A stretch of DNA of 62,898 nucleotides, filler included, from Rhabdomonas costata (GCA_019059605.1; 56 parts of 56 records of this genome joined end to end with filler, not necessarily neighbours in it); one strand, 5' to 3'; positions 21,278 through 35,499 are shown, numbered from the whole stretch's first letter. The notes: a model not told the origin generated them from the sequence alone. Numbers and translations: made by a program.

Positions 21278-23968
21278 NNNNNNNNNNNNNNNNNNNNNNN
21301 NNNNNNNNNNNNNNNNNNNNNTTAATTAATTAANNNNNNNNNNNNNNNNNNNNNNNNNNNNNNNNNNNNNNNNNNNNTGTGGTTTGGCTATGAAAGCTTA
21401 TCCCAGTGTCAAACTGAAGGCAGCGGTAAAACCACAATCTCGCAAACAGGCAATGCAGACAACGTAGGGTACTTTGACTTACTTGATTGAATGCTGTCCG
21501 CGAGATTGTGGTTTTACCGCTGCCTTCAGTTTGACACTGGGATAAGCTTTCATAGCCAAGCCGATTAACCAGCACGAAAACTTGTTGCCTGCTATCACGA
21601 GCGGCTCTTTGAGACCAAATCCGGAAAAGGTAACATATCCCCCACTTTGGGGTTGAAGAAGAAAAAGACCTCTCCCTTCTGCCAGACGACGTTTCTCTTT
21701 CAGAAATACTTATAACTTATAACTATTGGCCGTGGGGTGGCGGAGGGGACGAAGACAAGGCTTCCTCGAACCACCCTTCTGTTGCGATTTGTTCTGCGGC
21801 TCATCGCACCCACGCCCGCCAACAGAGAGGGATTAAGACACGAAGCGCTGGAGACCGCCACGCAACATATGGGACGCTTTTCTATCACACTGTCCCTTTG
21901 GTTGAATGCGGTAATCCCTGCTCAGAATAAATTGCTATGAGATATATCCTTTGACGGTTTTGTCGACGACGGGACCTGGGTGCAATGTTTTTCGATACAA
22001 AATATCCACAAGCCATTGCCAATATAGCGCAAAAGTATTGGAAACACATTAGCGTGATCCGTTCCCCGCGTGAAGCGCGTGACACTGCTGTGTTTGAGGT
22101 CAAATTTGTAAGGATGTCCCCCCGAAACATGCCCGCATATCATGGTTAAATGGTTGGTTGCTATTTTGACTGTGTCCTTTTTTTTGACCATTGTGCACAT
22201 GTTCGACGGAAACTGCTTTAACCAAAACGCTTGCTCAACCTATGAAATGACCTACACAGGAACGGTAAATGACGTTTAATTTGAACATTATCTCATCAAC
22301 AGAAAAGTCCCCGTCTGCTCATTTTTAATGTGCCCGCCACAAAGCAGCAAATAATTATCATAATCAATTAACTTCAATAAATTATATGCAAGTGTTATCT
22401 CTNNNNNNNNNNNNNNNNNNNNNNNNNNNNNNNNNNNNNNNNNNNNTTAATTAATTAANNNNNNNNNNNNNNNNNNNNNNNNNNNNNNNNNNNNNNNNNN
22501 NNGTTGTGGTTTGGCCGACGCATCACCTCCCAGCTGCAAAGTGGTAGACCGATGCCGTCTGAAACGCTTCTGTATGTCCTTGAATTCGTGACGTTGGCGG
22601 CGTTGGTCTTTTAGGGGCATTTTGGGCTCATTGAGAGCGATCGAAAATGCCATTTAGAGCCATTCAGCGCCATTTACGCTAATTGGCATCATTTGCACCA
22701 CTTGCGCCATTTTTACACTGGCTTTTCGAAACTCCCTTTTTGGAGTATTTCACACTTTGAGCTCTTTCTGGTCCTTTGCAGGCCTGTATGCCGAGCCTAG
22801 GCTTTCAGCTGGGGCGGCACAGCATACCAAGGGCAGACCCTATGGTTGAGATTCGCGATAGGCCTCTTCCCCATTCGCCGATCGCACGGCATCTCATTTT
22901 GCGTTAGATGGGGTCTGGGATATTTGCGTTAGGCTTGGGGGTCTGGATAGTGTGTCTGTTTGTGTTTGTTTGTGCCCAAAAGAAAAAGACGAAAGTGAAG
23001 GGGAAAGGGGGAAAGAAAAGAGGAAAAGAAAAGAAAAAGAAGGTGTCCATCAATACTAGGCAGGAGAATGCACCGCGACTGTCAAAAGTCGCCGTACACA
23101 CCATGACGTTTCCACGAGCCAAGAATGCGAAGGCCTCGGCAGGCGCATCGGGTCGCGGCCTCGGCTCCAATCCAGGCTGATAAGAAATCAGACCAAAAGA
23201 AGAAAACAGAAAAAAAAGGGATCCCGAGACGAGTACGTGGACAGACAAGATGAATTAATTCTCACTTTGAAAAAGGGAGGGTAATTAATTCATTTACGCA
23301 ACCCCTCTCCCTATGAGTGAGTTATAAGGGGTGATTTCGGATGGATACACAGAGTCATACCGTAACGTCACACCTACAGGGGCCCTGCTCCGAGAGAGGA
23401 AGGTTAATATATTACGAGTCTAAGGGCTTTGCCACTGCTGCGACATAGTATGTTGACGAATGACGTTGAGAAAAGGGAGGGTGGACCCACCGAGCCTGGG
23501 AAGCGCCTGGGGGGTCCACCCACCCACNNNNNNNNNNNNNNNNNNNNNNNNNNNNNNNNNNNNNNNNNNNNTTAATTAATTAANNNNNNNNNNNNNNNNN
23601 NNNNNNNNNNNNNNNNNNNNNNNNNNNGGTGTGGGGACGGAAATGAGTTTCTCTCGTCTGCCAAGTTTTTGAGCATTCACCACACTGATGGACGGGGGAC
23701 AAGAGCACTCTGAAGCAACCGAAACACAGCCGACTGCCCGGCGGCCAATTCTTACAGTCCCTTCGCATGGAGTTTCCGATCGGCAGGTGACCCCGCCTGA
23801 GCACAATGCTTCGCGCGACAACTATGAAGCAGGACCCAAGCACAACCACGGGACAGGAAACCAAGAGGCAAGTCAAATTAGCCAAAGATGCAGCCGGAAG
23901 AGGGGTCATTCACACGGGTCATTTATCAAAAACGACGAAAAAAGTCACACGTCCGCTTTTTCCGAAAC

Positions 23969-24410
23969 CTTTACGCGCAAACGTCCACTGCTCGGGTCCT
24001 CCTGTACAAGCACGTTCTCCAGCTTCAGGTCGCGGTGCACGATCCCCCGGCCATGCAGATACACCAGACCCTCCAGCAGCTGCCGTGCAACGTCCGCGGC
24101 AACCCACTCCGCAACCCGGCCCTTCTCCTGGACCACATTAAACAGCTCCTTGCCCTCGAAAAGCTCCTCCACGAGGTACACCGTGCTGGAGTCCTGGAAG
24201 GCGTAGTAGATCTGGATCAGGTGAGGGCAGTGCAAGTCCCTCAGCGTGGTCATCTCGCGGTAAAGGTCTCCCATGACGTCATTGTCCTTCAGCACGGCCT
24301 TCACGGCGTACTTCGTGCCGGCGCTGATCCCCGCGAAACCACCCAGGGAGCTGCTTTTGGTGCAGATCGCCTTGTAGACGATCCCAAAGGTACCCCGGCC
24401 AAGCTCCTGC
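23969..24410 (-). CDS. CAMK-group Ser/Thr kinase exon, subdomains I-VIb
   Basis: ELGRGTFGIVYKA...YAVKAV...E...GIVHRDLKLENVLV; ttgcag| acceptor and |gtttcg donor. Confidence 0.92.
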
Positions 24411-24838
24411 CTGCAACTCCAGCGAAAGAGGCACTCCACACGACCGGAAGGAACATCAGCCAGAAGAGGTCTCGCCATACACCCTCAGTCTTCTCCCAAT
24501 ATGAGCAAAAATGAGAGAAGACTGCAAAAGGAGCGTGCTGCGAGAGCAGAAGCACGACATGGAAGCACTCCTGCAGATGCCCAAAGGCACCATACTTTCA
24601 CTTTCACGAACGCTATCAGCTCCCCAAACTCCAACACATACTACCAAACACCNNNNNNNNNNNNNNNNNNNNNNNNNNNNNNNNNNNNNNNNNNNNTTAA
24701 TTAATTAANNNNNNNNNNNNNNNNNNNNNNNNNNNNNNNNNNNNNNNNNNNNAAGTGACGAGAGAACAAAAACCCAACTGTCCCTAAGTAAAAAAAAAAA
24801 CAAGAGCTCATGCACCGCAAAATTGATGTAAACCCAAC

Positions 24839-25514
24839 CTCATCTGAGGCGGCCGGAGAAGGAGCGCGATCTCGAAACGCGTTGTTTCTCGAGCAACGAG
24901 GTTCTCGCTGCCCAACGGGGCACCCTTGCGCAGTAACGGTCGACCGACGCCGAGCTTTGGTTCCTTCCCGGTTTCCACACCCAGTCGAGCCCGGGACATC
25001 AAAGGATGAAACAGACCGCGCCGAAGAGCCTTTCCTCGACGCAGCCTGCCAATGGGAGCTCATCTCGGGTTCACGGGCACGGTTGGAAAGACGGGCCCCG
25101 GCAGCTTCCGCAGAGTTTCGGGGAGCCACCGGGGTTGGAACCTCAATCAGACTTTCACGGGAGGCCGTCTTTCCAGTGACCTTAACCTCCGCTTGAGAAG
25201 AGCGAGCGGCAGATGTAACTGACCCGTACGCTTTTCCAGTTCGTTCACCACCAGGCCGCGGAGTGAGCTGGTCTCCTCGAATAGTTCGCAGGGGTGCTGC
25301 TTCGCTTTGAGCAGGATTCACAGGGTGGCTCAGCAGAGGGACCCTCTCCGGAAGCAGCTCCTCCTTTTTGCTTCCAGGAAACCCACCCGTCACAGGCGCA
25401 GGAACTGGGGGCTTGCAAACCTCAAAGCTGCACACGACTGGCTTTCCCTGCGGCTGAGAATGATGGTATCTTTGGGTGTGCTCAGCCTTAGAAGGGAGCT
25501 GTACAACTTCTGTC
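24839..25514 (-). CDS. Long exon of a low-complexity S/P/R/A-rich protein
   Basis: 676-nt stop-free frame bounded by ccttttcag| and |gttggg. Confidence 0.55.
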
Positions 25515-26059
25515 CTGAAAAAGGCAGTGGCAGAAAGAGACTACCCTTGGTTTCCCCAACGCTTCTTTGTGCATCCGCATACTATACTTCATCCCGGCTC
25601 GCAGTGATTATGGCTGGGGTTGCGACGACTGAAGCGAGCATTAGAAACGGAAGTAATCATTATTCTAGGGGCTAAGATGAATGGAAGAAACAAAAGCAGT
25701 GGGAAATTTCTCCTCGTCTTTGCCCCAAGGTAAACTGGTGCAACAAGCAAACGAGTTAAGGCTTTAACAAACACCCNNNNNNNNNNNNNNNNNNNNNNNN
25801 NNNNNNNNNNNNNNNNNNNNTTAATTAATTAANNNNNNNNNNNNNNNNNNNNNNNNNNNNNNNNNNNNNNNNNNNNGGTGTTGGGTCATGGATGTGGACT
25901 TCAGGCCAAAGCGAGGCAGTGAACGGAAACGATTTCAACGACTGGAACGACTGCACTCCACTGAATCGCTGTCATTGGCCTTGTCGCCGTGGCAATCAAG
26001 CTGCAATGATTGCAGAGACCTTTTTTATATGTCTTGATAAGTGCCTGCCTTTATCACAC

Positions 26060-26727
26060 CTGGGTGTCAGCAAGGACGGGGTTCCCCTCGGGAAGCACGG
26101 CCAGCCCCCGCGGGCAGTCCAGCCCAGCGCGGTCGAAGCTGCAGCTTTTGGTCACTCGAAGGCTGGGAAGCTCAAGTTCGGCCACCATCCTTTGTTAAAA
26201 GTAAGCGGAGCTCAGTGCATCTTCCCCACCCTGAAAGAACAGCTGGAAGCGCAGCGCAGGAACACACAGTTTCATCCCAAACCCCGACAACTAAACTTGC
26301 GAAACTTCCGGAGTTTGCGGGGGAAATGAACGTCTTTCGGTCTTGAATCGTATCCTGTGCCTATTGCAATGCATACATGCCCAATGCCCAATGCATACAT
26401 ACCAATTCCCAACTACCGTAACGGGACACTGGATAACAATGTCCCAGAGAAAGCCACTAACTTGAGATAGGATGCGGAGTGCAAAAAAAAACGAGAAGGC
26501 TGGTGTGCAGAAAAAAGCGATTTCATCACTTTACAGCTCACACCCGAAGAAAGACTTGCCTCACTGCACCCCAACCCTCAGCACCTGTCCGCCGAGGAGA
26601 CCGCAAACAGGGTGCAAGGGCTTCCCTTGCCCACCGCAATGTGCTCCAGGAAGAGCTCCGGGGAGCGCACACAGCTCTCCCACGCGTACCCAGAGCTCGG
26701 GCTGCGGCCGAAACGGTGAGGGGCGCT
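26060..26727 (-). CDS. NHL-repeat (beta-propeller) protein; exons 26585-26727 and 26060-26189
   Basis: Exons splice in phase (AG|G = R): ...LEHIAVGKGSPCTLFAVSSADRMVAELELPSLRVTKSCSFDRAGLDCPRGLAVLPEGNPVLADTQ. L..PRGLAV...G...+ADT is the NHL consensus. Confidence 0.75.
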
Positions 26728-28126
26728 CTGGGAATTGTGCTTGAACCACGGCCCCCTCCCTTCCTCACACACAAAAGCATTCTTATTTATCAGCCAAAAC
26801 ACACCGCACGCTTTCCAAGAATGCTATCCGCATTGCTTTAAAATGGATAACTGGGAGGTGTTTACCAAAATCGTCTTTTTGGAATATAAAGTACAAAAAC
26901 ANNNNNNNNNNNNNNNNNNNNNNNNNNNNNNNNNNNNNNNNNNNNTTAATTAATTAANNNNNNNNNNNNNNNNNNNNNNNNNNNNNNNNNNNNNNNNNNN
27001 NTTTCATTTTTTCCATTTTTCTTTCTTTTTTATGCTTTGGGAGGGAATACATCCTTGTGAAAGTTGGTGTGTCCTTTTTCTGGCTGACGGACATGCGGTC
27101 TCCAGAAAGAATGCTCTACGTTTGCTGTAAGGAGGACCACCCGTAGAAGGAGGGGGTGGCTAACAACAGTGTGCCCTTGGAGGGGCAGGGGGACTGGAAT
27201 GCGAGGATGCCACGTGCACGTAGCGTGTGACGCTCCACTCCACTTGCATACTTTTGTACTGCCCTCTGTCTCTGTCTGATCATCTCTCACCTCCGGCCAC
27301 TAACTGCACGACTTGAAAGTGTTTCTCCCTCCATTCGTCTTTCCTTTGGGTGTGCCTTTGACAGGGGTGGGGGCCCCTTGCATGCGTATCCCTATTTGTT
27401 TCAATTATTGATGCTGTAGAAATAGAATCTATTGGTGGAGAGTCGAAGCGAAGTGTTTTGCAATCGCAATTTTATGCCCCTGCTTAAATCAAAATATTCA
27501 AAATAAGCTCATCGCTAAGCCATTATCCTCATCGGTGGGGCCCGTACGCCCCCCACCCTCCCCGGGGTGATGAGGGGAACTGGAGCTTTACCATTAGGAA
27601 GCCAGTGCTTTTTACAGCCTGAATTGCTGTAGGTGTGTTGGCGGCTGATGGCAGGGTGTGTGGGTGGGGGGTCCTGGGGCGCGGTGGCGTTGCGAGCAAG
27701 AGGTGCGGTAAAAGGGCCGCTAGTCACTCACTCACTCAATGCTGACAAACAGGGTACGCACAGTGGAGCTGAACTTCGGCGCAACCATTAATGACGCACC
27801 AGAGCGGCTGGCCCGAAAGCACACAGGGAAAGGGGAAGGATACATCTTTCTTACTTAGAACAGAACATCTCGCCTTTCCCCTCTTCACCCAGCGCATCTA
27901 CCTCACACCTCTCGCCCTCCTCCTTCCAGTTCCCTTCGTTGTCTGAGTGCGTGCTGCCGCCATTTTTGCTTCAGTCCCACAGCCTTTGACCCCTGTGTGC
28001 ATGGGACCTTCGGATGCCCACCCCCCNNNNNNNNNNNNNNNNNNNNNNNNNNNNNNNNNNNNNNNNNNNNTTAATTAATTAANNNNNNNNNNNNNNNNNN
28101 NNNNNNNNNNNNNNNNNNNNNNNNNN

Positions 28127-28969
28127 GTGTGTTGTTTCTGCTGTTGATGACGGTGAGCGGATTCTTGGGGTACTACTTGACCTACCTGCAAGGACAGAAG
28201 TCACTGCAAGACATGGCTCAGCTAAGCATGGCTGAGGCCGCTGGTCGGGTGGACGTACTTGTGCGGGGAAAGGTCAATCTGGGTCACCAGCTGAACCTCA
28301 TGGGTATCTGTGAATTTTGCATTTTGGTGATCTCGTCCCCCTCTGTCTTTACGCACAAAGTGCCAAGGGGGCAGCCGCTGTTTGGTTTTGGTTTTGGGTT
28401 TGGTTTGGTTTGGTTGTGGGTAACGTGGATATACCCTCCGTTGCGCCGGGGAAAAAAGCGGCCAGATAAGAAAAGAAACCTTATCCCCGTTTGTTTTGGT
28501 TTTGGTTCGGTATCTCATTCTAGGTTCATTGTGTGGCGCTGACGGCGCCGTGATTCGGTGTGGACTTGTGGGGCCAACTGAAGGACTCGCGTGCGGGTCA
28601 GTGATTACAGCACCTCTCGGTTGCTGTGAAGAGTTGAATGTTCACGTCTGAGAAAGTTCTTTTTTAGTGGACATGTGCTTCGGAATGCATCGGAAATCCT
28701 CCCAGGCCCTTGTTCATTTCGGTCTCGAGCACCAAAAATGGTCTGCGCCTGCCTTTCTTGCAGACGCCCGCATTCCTTGCATTCCTTGTTATTCTTTGTT
28801 TTCCGCCGCGGAAAGGACCTGCGGAGGGTTTTTTTTTCCGGTTCTACACTTGCCTCGGGCTTTTCCGACGCACGCACTTACACTTTGCAGGACATGAAAG
28901 CAGTCATTTGTCAGGCATTCAGATGGTTCGTATGGATTTGAAGGACATCACTCCAGGATCAAGCCCATG
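28127..28969 (+). CDS. Membrane sensor N-terminus (TM helix plus Cache-like helix); exons 28127-28303 and probably 28915-28969
   Basis: LFLLLMTVSGFLGYYLTY then GQKSLQDMAQLSMAEAAGRVDVLV...HQLN, like the helix after TM1 in Cache-type receptor cyclases and kinases; phase-compatible GT-AG junction. Confidence 0.5.
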
Positions 28970-30467
28970 GTTTGCAGTGGGTTGGCGGGCGACACACCAT
29001 TCGAATAGAAACCTCTCCAAGGGTATTTTTAATGCGCAGAGAGCTACACCTTCTTCCACAAGAACGTCACTATGAACAGCTTTGTCACGGCCTTCTACCA
29101 CTGGCTGCCATTGACCACTGAGAACATCGTGAGCGGGTCGGACAGNNNNNNNNNNNNNNNNNNNNNNNNNNNNNNNNNNNNNNNNNNNNTTAATTAATTA
29201 ANNNNNNNNNNNNNNNNNNNNNNNNNNNNNNNNNNNNNNNNNNNNGCAAACCGACTGCGTCTTCCCTCGTGTGGGTGCGATAATTTTGGCACCGAGCAGT
29301 CAGCGTCAGGTTGTTGGCAACGCAGCCAGGCGGTGAAATTGTAAAAAAAAAACGCACATTCATAAGGCGAGAGCACAACTTCAGAAACACTCACTCTGTC
29401 TAATGCGAGGCTGAACGACCACTTCCAACTGCATTCCAAGACGAGCAACAACCCAATCCAAAATGTTTGAGCTGTAGCACTGTCGACGACATCGTCTCGT
29501 TCATTTTACGCGAAAAAAAAACGGAAGGGGGGGGGGATACTTCCTTGTAGGTCCATGTGTTCTGGTTTGGCCTGCTTCGGAAGGGCCCTGCCGAATGGAT
29601 ATGCGGATGGATATGGCCCCGCATAGAATCCCGGAAACCCCTGAACATTTCAGGAACAAATGCTTAAGGGGCTCGGATACAAAGAGGGTGTGGATCGGGA
29701 GCATTGAGTTGTGCCCATCATATCTCGGCAAGCTCACGTTGACCAAGAAATAATCAGTGTGGCGGCCGAGTTGGGAGAGTCCTCACTCAACATTTGAAGT
29801 GAAGACGCCAGATGCGAAGTGTTGGGTCAGTCATTCACATTATCCTCACTTTCTTGCTGAGAGGCTTTTTTGTCGAGTCCAGGGAAAATCGAACTAATCT
29901 AACTTTCAGGTGGAAGGTAATGGCTCTTCCTTCTTTGCTTCTTAACTTTGCAGCAAGTGGTTTTGTCTCGAATGGTAGCCCCGTTGGCAGACGCAAAGAG
30001 AGGAGAGGGTCAAAGATGGCCCCCAATGAATTCACACAAACCACCTTGCGCACACAGAAGACTAGGGCCCAGGCTAATGGCTCTTGGCCATCGGTAAATC
30101 TTCCTCTAAATTTGCCCAACATCATACACAGTATTTTTTCCATTTTTCACCTCAAAATGTAGCTTAATGCCCGCACGGCCGCGAAAAGGGCGTCAATGGC
30201 ATAGGTACCGTCGCTGGGCAACACACACTCGCCTGAACACTCCCAATACAGAGCCCAATATCCTCCTTTANNNNNNNNNNNNNNNNNNNNNNNNNNNNNN
30301 NNNNNNNNNNNNNNTTAATTAATTAANNNNNNNNNNNNNNNNNNNNNNNNNNNNNNNNNNNNNNNNNNNNTTTTTGTGCAGGCTAGCTTACAAAACGATC
30401 GCTACATGACATGTCATCATTACATGAGACGACGGCCACCCTCCCAAACGCAATTGCGCACACGCAC

Positions 30468-31203
30468 CCATCCAGGGCAAAGCTGAGCTGCACGTGCCAG
30501 AAGTGTGACGAGGAGTGCACCATCTGCGCCCGGTAGCGCAGCTCTCCTCCGCCACCGCATGAGGGCTCCTTCCCTTTTTGCTGGGGCACAGACAGCAGTA
30601 CGGGCAGCTCCGCGGCCCACAGCCGCAACGGTAAGTCTGAAGGGTGGACCCCTCCCACGGCGGCGGGCATCCCTGCCCGGTGGTGCTGCACAAGAATGGG
30701 GAAGTTCGAGTGATTAGCTATTCATTCATTAGCTAGTCATTCATTCGCAGGCGTGGATTCTGTGACCCCCCTCCCGTTCTCAAATCCTGGCCCACACCTC
30801 TGTGAGATCAACTTTGTTCTGGCTCACGCAGGTCACCACATGCTCGGCGCACTGCCTCAGTCCCGCCTCTCCGAGCTCCTCACGGCGGCGGGCAAGGGCC
30901 TGGGCCTCCTGCTGCGCCCGCGCCCGGGCTAGCGCAAGACTGGGAATCGCATGTACCTTTTTGAAGGTTTGGGTTAGCAGTGGGGGGTGAAGGTTTCTCT
31001 AATGAGGTATGCTCTCAAAAAATCAACCAATGCAAGCGATGGAAGGAGCTGCTGAACAGACAAGTCGCTTCGTGGACTGGCAACTTGCCAAGCCAGGTTA
31101 ATGCAAGGATGCAAGGAGCGAAGCAAACCTCGACGAGGGGCGCGTTGAGGAGCCACCGCTCGATGAACTCTGCCCATTGTGGTCCACTCCAAGAGGCGAG
31201 CTC
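30468..31203 (-). CDS. Peptidase M16C-like zinc metalloprotease; exons 31129-31203, 30798-30956, 30468-30685
   Basis: Three GT-AG exons splice in frame: WSGPQWAEFIERWLLNAPLVE|VHAIPSLALARARAQQEAQALARRREELGEAGLRQ...|...HSSSHFWHVQL, resembling the M16C-associated hinge region. Confidence 0.65.
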
Positions 31204-31954
31204 CTGCTCACCCCACCCCACCCCACATGTATACGCATAGCAGACGATATACACACGTCCGACCTTGCATTGATATGATATGTGCACATGTCTACAAGAT
31301 AGACTTGGAAATGGGTGCAACAATTGGAAATCATAACTGCTCGACGCCTGATCTCTACACTCGGTGTCACCACCATGCCGCATTGCCCAACACCCNNNNN
31401 NNNNNNNNNNNNNNNNNNNNNNNNNNNNNNNNNNNNNNNTTAATTAATTAANNNNNNNNNNNNNNNNNNNNNNNNNNNNNNNNNNNNNNNNNNNNTGGTT
31501 TAGCATCCTTCTTTTCTGTATTCGCCTTAATGCAAGGATGACCTCGCAGCCTCTTTGACTCATTTGTTCAGTCAAAAATGAATCCCCCTTCAGCGTCAGC
31601 CACCAAGAGAGTTGTTTCTGTATTCCTTGGGAGCTGGTATGGGGGGGGGGCGTTAAACGTTTGACACCGCTACAAAAAAGTATAAAAAGTCTAATTTCTG
31701 CATGCACCACGTCCTCGCCTAATCCGACTGCTCCGGACCCGCCTCGGAATGGCTTCCGCGGCCCGCCGCGGTGCTGGCTCCTCCGCAAAGATAATTTCCC
31801 AAAAACGACAATGTTCCAAAACGTTTAACGCCCCCCCCCCTCTCAAAAATACAATTTTCCTTTCCTTGGAGTATTTGTCCTCTCCTTGTTTTTTTTTTTG
31901 CGATATCTTCCTCCCCATGGAACATCGGGCACATGGCCTTCCCTTTTCCCAAAG

Positions 31955-32077
31955 ATGCAGCGCCGGCGCCCTGCGTGGTCTTTGCTGGGCTGCAGTGCCT
32001 TCCCGGGCGAGTGTTTGACCCCCTCCTAACCTGCTCCGCCGTGCCGTGCACCCCGGAGGAGGACTGCTGCAGCCCTG
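31955..32077 (+). CDS. Six-cysteine module exon (phase 1-1, 123 nt)
   Basis: ttcccaaag|xAAPAPCVVFAGLQCLPGRVFDPLLTCSAVPCTPEEDCCSP|gtcagc. Confidence 0.75.
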
Positions 32078-35000
32078 GTCAGCGAGCCCATCCCGCAGTC
32101 CCCCCAACCCTACTCCCCTGCTGCCCTTTGCTGTGGCCTCGGCTGGGTGGGCCGATCACTTTTACATCCTTTCTTGCGGAAAGTTTCAGTGTGACACATT
32201 TTTTTCGATCTGAAGGGTAGAACGGATCTCCTGGAGTGTGACATGGGGTGAGGTATGATTGGTTTGATACGATTTGTACGCTACAGATTGCGTAGGAACG
32301 TTCCTGCGCACCGGCTGATGATCCCGACGCTTCTTGGTGACCGAGCTGTGTGTGTGTGTGTGTGTGTGTCTGTGTGTGTCTGTGTGTGTGTGAGTTTTGG
32401 GGAAGCAGAAAAGAGTGAGGTCCTGTTTTTTCCTCGCTTCGTGGTGCTGTTTTTCTTACCCAGTGATCCTGCACCCACGGGAGGACTTACTTTCTGACGT
32501 GCGCAGACATATGTTTGGACNNNNNNNNNNNNNNNNNNNNNNNNNNNNNNNNNNNNNNNNNNNNTTAATTAATTAANNNNNNNNNNNNNNNNNNNNNNNN
32601 NNNNNNNNNNNNNNNNNNNNGGTTGGTGGGCACGGACGCAGCGTTTGCTCAGAGTGCTCAAAACCTGCTCTTCAGCCGTGTGGCCTCCTTCCGGAGAGGC
32701 TTGCTGTCACTCCGCTCCTGATCTCACCTGCCCTTATTTCAGACCTGCAGCTTTGGACAGAGGAAGTGGCTCGAGTCGGCTGACTTTTCGTGGCAGATTC
32801 CCCGTTCTCAGCGGGCTGTTTTGTTGCTGATGCCGCAGCTCAAGAATGTGGTCGACAGCGGATAATGGATGGATACATATGCGATCCTCGGCAATCCTCC
32901 GTTCGTTCGTTCTGCTCTGTGCGGGTGAAGGGGCTTCCCGTAAACGCTGATACCAAAACTGAGGATGACAGTCACCTACTGCTCATGTCTTGATTCACCT
33001 TTGCTGTTGGGGCAGCTCGGCTGAAGTGGATACCGAATCCAAAAGCAGAAATCCATCCTTTCCTCGGCAAAGGATCTCCATTCCGCCCGAGCGATTTTGT
33101 GGGTAACTTAAAATTCGGTGTTTACTTTGAAGTGTGGTTGTAATTGTTTGATCGGTTGGAAAATTCGTCAATGCGCAGTCCCCAACTCCCTGAAGGGTCT
33201 TTTCCCATCCATTTTCCCAATCATTTTTGTGTTTGCGAAGGTCCCTTCCGTTGCGTGTTGCGGTTACTGTTGTACAGACTCAGTTTTTTCAGTGTCTGCA
33301 TGTACTGTTTAAATTTCGCCAACCGACGCCTGGTAGCAATTGTGTTTGCTGGATTCCTTGGATGTCTTAGGAAAGGTGGGAAGAAGTGGCCCAGACTTCG
33401 CAATTTTTTCCTGTTTTTTCTCTTTCTTCTCACAGTTGGCATTTCCTATTGATTGGTCAAGTTTTTCACCACATGTTCTTGTTTATGTGTGGCCTGCCCG
33501 AGAAATCCATGCTGTAGTTTACTTCGCCTGTTCTGCGCCTTTGCTGTACGTACTGTTTGCATCCTGTGGTCAGTGTCGTGCGTGTTTCGGCTCTTTCATA
33601 AGAGAACTCTTACAAAAAGGCGCCCGAGATGCCAGCACCCACGCNNNNNNNNNNNNNNNNNNNNNNNNNNNNNNNNNNNNNNNNNNNNTTAATTAATTAA
33701 NNNNNNNNNNNNNNNNNNNNNNNNNNNNNNNNNNNNNNNNNNNNCATGGCCAAGCGTATGCTAATCTGTTGTGTCGGAGTAGTAGTAACGCTCCGCGGTG
33801 ATAAAGGCTGAGCGAGGCCGCGGGGCAGAAGGACTGATCGCCTGCATTAGTGATTGAGAAAAATACTAATAGCGCACAAACGACACATATACGATATACT
33901 GCAGACAGCAGGAAGCACAGTGCTAAGAGGCCAATCATGGAACAAGCAAAAGTGAAGTGCGTTTCTGTGTGTGACATGATAGAATATGTTCGTATGAAAG
34001 CCGCCACAAACGGCGAGGGCACGTTCGCACACACCGTGAGCTCAGGGCAGGACTTAAGAGGGGAGCTTGTGCGGCAAGCGTCTGAGAATAGTCCTCTGGG
34101 GTGGCCAACTACCCATCGCGGGGACTGCGAGCAATGCAGAAACCTCCCTTAAGAACAGCGGTGGCTCTCCAGCAGCTCACATTTCCCTCAAGAGGCGAAA
34201 CTCCAAGAGAGGTTGATTGGCAAAACAGGGGCACAGCGGGTAGGGTAAACGTGCACATACCGAGGACGCAGCAGCTGTGGAGGCCCGCTTTTCGCTCTCG
34301 GATGGTGCAGGACACAGCCGCTCCACCCACGATTCTCCTCTCCTCTGACATGAGAAAGGTAGCACAAACCCATTCCCATAGAATGGTCAGCAAGACACAT
34401 CCACAAAAATAAAGAAATAAATCACAGTGACAAAATCAAATAGAGCAGTGGCACACCCCAGGCCCTTGAGGGCTGCCCGAGCGGTCACCAAGCAGCTCTT
34501 TCGGGTGCCCCACAAAAGTTCCACGAGTCGAAAGCTGTAGGAAACCAGACAAAGGCAGGGAACGAGGCAGGCACGCAGGCAGAGGTGGAACCCCCAATCT
34601 ACCCAAGCAACGCCGCTTCCGGTTCCGGTTCATGGGTTATGCCAGACCAAAACGTGAACCCTCATAAAGCTCGCGCATCATTTGACATATAATGACCAAA
34701 AGTAGTGTAGCAAATCAATGCAAAACTGTAATGAGTGAGGTGGATGGCTGATCTCAGAAAACCACCCACNNNNNNNNNNNNNNNNNNNNNNNNNNNNNNN
34801 NNNNNNNNNNNNNTTAATTAATTAANNNNNNNNNNNNNNNNNNNNNNNNNNNNNNNNNNNNNNNNNNNNGGGGGGTTTGGTGGTGCGAAAAGTATGGACC
34901 GGGCGAAACGCTGTGTGGCCGGTCCTTGTACCCTTGTACCCTCAGGCCGATACCCAGACGCACCCCTGGGCGGCTCCTCCCTTGATCTTATCGTTTAAAG

Positions 35001-35382
35001 TCGTTATACCGCTTAACACCACCGGACACGAAAAGAAGAAACAGGAAGACAGGAAGAAGAAAGGCATAGAGGTGTCACACCTCAGCCCAAGACCTGCACT
35101 CTCGGAAAGAGCAAGTGACACTGAAAAACCGCAAAAGGCAAAAAAAAAAAAAGAAGAAGAAGAAGCAGAAGGGTGCAAACATGGAAGCAAATCACCCACA
35201 AATCGGGCCAGTGGTTTGCCTTCCACTCGCTACACTCAGTGCTAAAAGGGGAGCGCTGCACGACAGCGAATCAGCTCCCCACCCACAGAGAGACGGGCAG
35301 GGGCCTTGAAAACACTGCAGCAGATGTTAATGCTGGCGGAAGCAAGAGCAGGAAAGAACACTGAGAAAGCAGCAGCTCGAAC

Positions 35383-35499
35383 ATTGGGCGCAGCAGTCGC
35401 CTTGTGTGCAGGTCCCGGAGGGGCACGAGGACGCCGTGATGGATTTGTACACAGTGCCCTCGGGGCAGGTAAACCCGAGGCACGGGAACGCCGCGTTGG
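35383..35499 (-). CDS. Six-cysteine module exon (phase 1-1, 117 nt)
   Basis: ttatcgcag|xNAAFPCLGFTCPEGTVYKSITASSCPSGTCTQGDCCAQ|gttcga. Confidence 0.8.

Noticed and set aside
21384-21559. Perfect 60-bp inverted repeat (21384-21443 / 21500-21559)
   Set aside because: One arm ends at the contig terminus in primer-like bases; most likely a fold-back amplification chimera rather than a MITE.
33990-34540. Three possible minus-strand GT-AG exons
   Set aside because: Several frames are open and no motif fixes the correct one.
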